From Patescibacteria group bacterium (GTDB lineage Bacteria; Patescibacteriota; Minisyncoccia; Phycocordibacterales; JBBTRF01), in contig JBBTRF010000001.1 of NCBI GenBank assembly GCA_038065315.1, positions 528,458 through 592,457 of the forward strand: a stretch of DNA of 64,000 nt. Direction: 5' to 3'. Below the pieces are notes generated by a model. That model was not told the origin of the DNA. It saw nothing but the letters and a program-made list of their open reading frames with translations, and did not search any database. This document shows, piece by piece, positions 61,701 to 64,000 of this stretch (within the stretch, counting starts at the first letter, position 1; the number at the start of each line of letters is the position of its first letter). Both the position numbers and the translations under genes were made by a program.

Positions 61701-62360
61701 ATGATCTCCACAACAAACATCTCGGGTTTCTCGTCGCTCCGCTCTGTGTTCGATCGCGCCACCCCCGAACATCATCAGACGTTGGCGAGGATGGAGTCTT
61801 TCATCGTCAGTGTGGCAGATGGAGCGTATTCGCAGGCAGGCAGTGCGGTAGAGCAAACCTTTGATGAGGGCGACTTTCACTCACTGGCCCGCATGGCTGC
61901 TTTCAAGGCTATCGTCGAATACCGTTCGGGTGGGGCAAGTCTGCCAAACCATGTCTCGGCTACGATCCAGCACCATCTCCAGGATGAAATCCGTCGTCTG
62001 AACCATTCGCGCCGCTTGTTCCAGGCGAGAATAATTCCATTCAATGCGCCCATCGACCCGACTGGGTATGATGAGGAAACCACACTGATTGACGTGTTTC
62101 CTGACACCGCCACGCTTTCGCCTTCGCTTCGCGCAGAGCTGGTTGATGTGTTCGAGATTCTTCGCGCCGCGCTCGACACGCTGGAAGATCGGATCCGGCA
62201 GATCTTCGAACTCCGCTTCCTCGAGGATTGGCCGGTCACGGAGATCGCCAGACGCTTCGGTGTGAGCGGGTCGAAGATTTACGAGCTCATCGAGAAGGGA
62301 ATCGAGGCTCTCCAGGGGCTCATCCCATTTTCTTTCCGTGGCGTTTCAAGTGCCCAATGA
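61701..62360 (+). CDS. sigma-70-family RNA polymerase sigma factor (regions 2 and 4 only)
   Basis: The region 4 HTH is IRQIFELRFLEDWPVTEIARRFGVSGSKIYELIEKGIEAL. A region 2-like segment is upstream. Length is 219 aa. Confidence 0.65.
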   Translation: MISTTNISGFSSLRSVFDRATPEHHQTLARMESFIVSVADGAYSQAGSAVEQTFDEGDFHSLARMAAFKAIVEYRSGGASLPNHVSATIQHHLQDEIRRLNHSRRLFQARIIPFNAPIDPTGYDEETTLIDVFPDTATLSPSLRAELVDVFEILRAALDTLEDRIRQIFELRFLEDWPVTEIARRFGVSGSKIYELIEKGIEALQGLIPFSFRGVSSAQ

Positions 62361-62391
62361 GAATCCCGAACGGGGGATCTGCAGTTTCAAG

Positions 62392-62428
62392 AAACCGGCT
62401 CAACAGAGGGCCGGTTTTCCTTTTTCAT
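62392..62428 (+). terminator. rho-independent terminator after the sigma-factor gene
   Basis: AACCGGC-tcaacagagg-GCCGGTT followed by TTCCTTTTTC. Confidence 0.55.
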
Positions 62429-62456
62429 TGACTTTTCCTCGATAATTTGCTATTAT
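62428..62456 (+). promoter_or_regulatory. sigma70-type promoter TTGACT-N17-TATTAT for the DEAD-box helicase gene, followed by an about 160-nt structured 5' UTR
   Basis: caTTGACTtttcctcgataatttgcTATTATacagg. The UTR contains the inverted repeat ATTGTTACAGC...GGTTGTAACAAT. Confidence 0.45.
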
Positions 62457-62618
62457 ACAGGTACAATTTCATCTCTCGGTTTTGTCCTTATATCTCAACA
62501 TATATTGTTACAGCGCTCGGAGACGGTTGCCAGCAAGGGTATTTAGCGGCATCAGCGCCCAAACGCGCACCCAGCCCTGCTATCGGTTGTAACAATAACG
62601 CAGTAATCATCTATATTT

Positions 62619-64000
62619 ATGGAACATTCTTCACATGCCCCAAAAGCAGGCGGTTTTCGTACCAGCAGCCATGTCGCGCAGCCAGCGTCTCGCGCAGGCG
62701 GCTCTAGTGCACGATCTGGCGGCTTCTCACGAGGCGGCGCAGGACGTTCGTCCGGCGGTTTTTCTCGTGGTGGCTCATCTTCCGGTGGTCGCTCATATGG
62801 CGGCGGCTCATCTTCTGGCTCCCGCTTTAGCAGCTCACACAGCGGTCGCGGCGGGCATCGTGGCACCCGATCAGGTGGCGGCTTTAGCCATCGCGGTGGT
62901 GGACGTAGCCAACACATCGATATTTCTCGTTTCATCAACAAAGCCGTAGTCACTGAAGAGAAAGCAGTATTCGTACCAGAACATCAGTTCGTGGACTTTG
63001 CTGTCGACGCGCGACTCAAGGCGAACATTGTCTCAAAGGGATACAAGCTCCCAACCCCAATTCAGGATCGCGTCATTCCATATATTTTGAAGGGAAGTGA
63101 CGTCGTGGGTATTGCGAACACCGGTACCGGCAAGACCGCAGCCTTCCTCATTCCACTCATCAACAAAGCGCTCCTTGCAGGCGAGCCAAAGTCCAAGGCA
63201 CACCCAAAGACCCTCATCATGGTGCCCACCCGCGAGCTCGCGCAACAGATCGAAGGCGAGATCCACGGCTTCCTCAAGGGCCTCAAGCTGTATTCCGTAT
63301 GCTGTGTTGGAGGTTCCCCAATGGGCCGACAGATCTCTTCGCTCCGATACCACAACGACTTTGTCATCGGTACTCCGGGCCGATTGAAGGACCTCATCGA
63401 ACAGAAATACATCAACCTCGCAGAATTCCACACCGTGGTGCTCGACGAGGCCGACCGTATGTTGGACATGGGTTTCATCGCTGACATGCGTTGGATGATG
63501 GCTCGTATGCCAAAGCCTCGACACACCCTTTTCTTCTCCGCGACCTTGTCGAAGGAGATCGAAGGCTTGATCAAAGAATTTTTGCATGAACCGGTGATGG
63601 TTTCTGTGAAGACACAGGAGACCGCAAAAAATATCGACCAGGATATTATCCGCATCCAACATGGCATGACCAAGATCGACGTACTTCACGACCTCCTCAA
63701 CAAAGCGGAGTTCAAAAAGGTGCTCATCTTCGGCAAGACCAAGCATGGTGTGGAGAAGCTCTCGCACGTGCTTGTGGAGCGTGGCTTCAAGAGCGATTCT
63801 ATCCACGGCAACAAGAGCCAGTCTCAGCGACAGCGCGCGTTGGCGGGCTTCAAGGCGGGTGCCGTCCAGGTGCTCACTGCCACCGACGTGGCTGCTCGAG
63901 GCTTGGACATTGTCGGCGTCACTCACGTGATCAACTTCGACATCCCCGCCACCTACGACGACTACGTGCACCGCATCGGTCGTACCGGCCGCGGTGGCAA
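62619..64000 (+). CDS. DEAD-box ATP-dependent RNA helicase with N-terminal Gly/Ser/Arg-rich low-complexity region; 3' end beyond window
   Basis: Frame from the ATG at 62619 reads MEHSSHAPKAGGFRTSS...RSGGFSRGGAGRSSGGFSRGGSSSGGRSYGGG...HRGGGRSQ. Then the Q-motif region, motif I ANTGTGKTAAF, PTRELA, DEAD (VLDEADRM), SAT, HGNKSQSQRQRAL, TDVAARGLDI and HRIGRTGRGG follow. It is not in the ORF track because no stop occurs before 64000. ORF 62635..62949 is the +1 frame of the RGG-coding repeats. Confidence 0.9.
   Translation, partial: MEHSSHAPKAGGFRTSSHVAQPASRAGGSSARSGGFSRGGAGRSSGGFSRGGSSSGGRSYGGGSSSGSRFSSSHSGRGGHRGTRSGGGFSHRGGGRSQHIDISRFINKAVVTEEKAVFVPEHQFVDFAVDARLKANIVSKGYKLPTPIQDRVIPYILKGSDVVGIANTGTGKTAAFLIPLINKALLAGEPKSKAHPKTLIMVPTRELAQQIEGEIHGFLKGLKLYSVCCVGGSPMGRQISSLRYHNDFVIGTPGRLKDLIEQKYINLAEFHTVVLDEADRMLDMGFIADMRWMMARMPKPRHTLFFSATLSKEIEGLIKEFLHEPVMVSVKTQETAKNIDQDIIRIQHGMTKIDVLHDLLNKAEFKKVLIFGKTKHGVEKLSHVLVERGFKSDSIHGNKSQSQRQRALAGFKAGAVQVLTATDVAARGLDIVGVTHVINFDIPATYDDYVHRIGRTGRGG

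Noticed and set aside
62635-62949. ORF 62635..62949 (MPQKQAVFVPAAMSRSQRLAQAALVHDLAAS...)
   Set aside because: It is the +1 frame of the GGC/GGT-rich repeats. The adjacent frame from ATG 62619 continues uninterrupted into canonical DEAD-box motifs, so the Ala/Val-rich frame is an artefact.
63033-63971. Minus-strand ORFs 63033..63971 and 63062..63673
   Set aside because: Antisense to the DEAD-box helicase frame, which contains all canonical helicase motifs (AxTGTGKT, DEAD, SAT, HRIGRTGR).
1-64000. Alternative genetic code (for example UGA recoding, common in some CPR lineages)
   Set aside because: Long uninterrupted ORFs with TGA/TAA/TAG all serving as stops at the expected ends of well-conserved proteins (for example 1524..2000 ends with TGA). 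Standard code fits.
1-64000. CRISPR arrays, cas genes, IS transposases, reverse transcriptases/DGRs, group II introns
   Set aside because: No regularly spaced direct repeats and no ORF with transposase, Cas or RT motifs were seen on either strand.

Overview
This 64 kb window is a chromosomal segment that contains the replication origin region (rpmH-rnpA-yidC | dnaA-oriC-dnaN). The genome is streamlined, uses the standard code, is about 55-58% GC and is probably a Candidate Phyla Radiation/Patescibacteria-type bacterium. Most of the window is housekeeping: rpsO-NYN-pnp, comM, murE/femAB/M23 peptidase/PBP1A cell-wall genes, pcrA, rsmA, lnt, tyrS, ruvC-yebC, ruvB, pilB, tsaE, polA, holA-like, mutM-ruvA, trmH, a tRNA-Lys, a sigma factor and a DEAD-box helicase that runs off the 3' edge. 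A tyrosine recombinase runs off the 5' edge. The largest accessory block is a ~14 kb, 13-gene single-strand operon (16569-30412). It encodes a VirB4-like ATPase, a VirB6/TrbL-like polytopic membrane protein with a long coiled-coil tail, a PrgI/VirB3-like small membrane protein, a pilin-topology protein and many secreted or membrane proteins, but no relaxase, coupling protein or VirB11 (minimal CPR-type T4SS-like apparatus). The observations I consider most worth a second look are: (1) a 16S rRNA 5'-domain-like segment of about 250 nt in the leader of rpmH, with a 26-bp near-perfect inverted repeat just before dnaA; (2) two structured non-coding regions with promoter and terminator signals (42.9-43.2 kb on the plus strand with perfect 17-bp inverted repeats; 52.5-52.95 kb on the minus strand as a ~400 nt leader before an HTH-NUDIX plus 2OG-oxygenase pair); (3) two RelE/YafQ-type toxin-antitoxin pairs, one with a 30-bp perfect palindromic operator overlapping its start codon; (4) a 30-residue lysine/arginine-rich micro-ORF with its own promoter region and terminator; (5) a membrane cytochrome b5-DoxX-NDH-2 redox trio; (6) a lower-GC patch with an SD-led gene beside the edge integrase. 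All similarities were judged by eye from motifs; none was confirmed by a search. Coordinates of sub-gene features are approximate (within a few nt).
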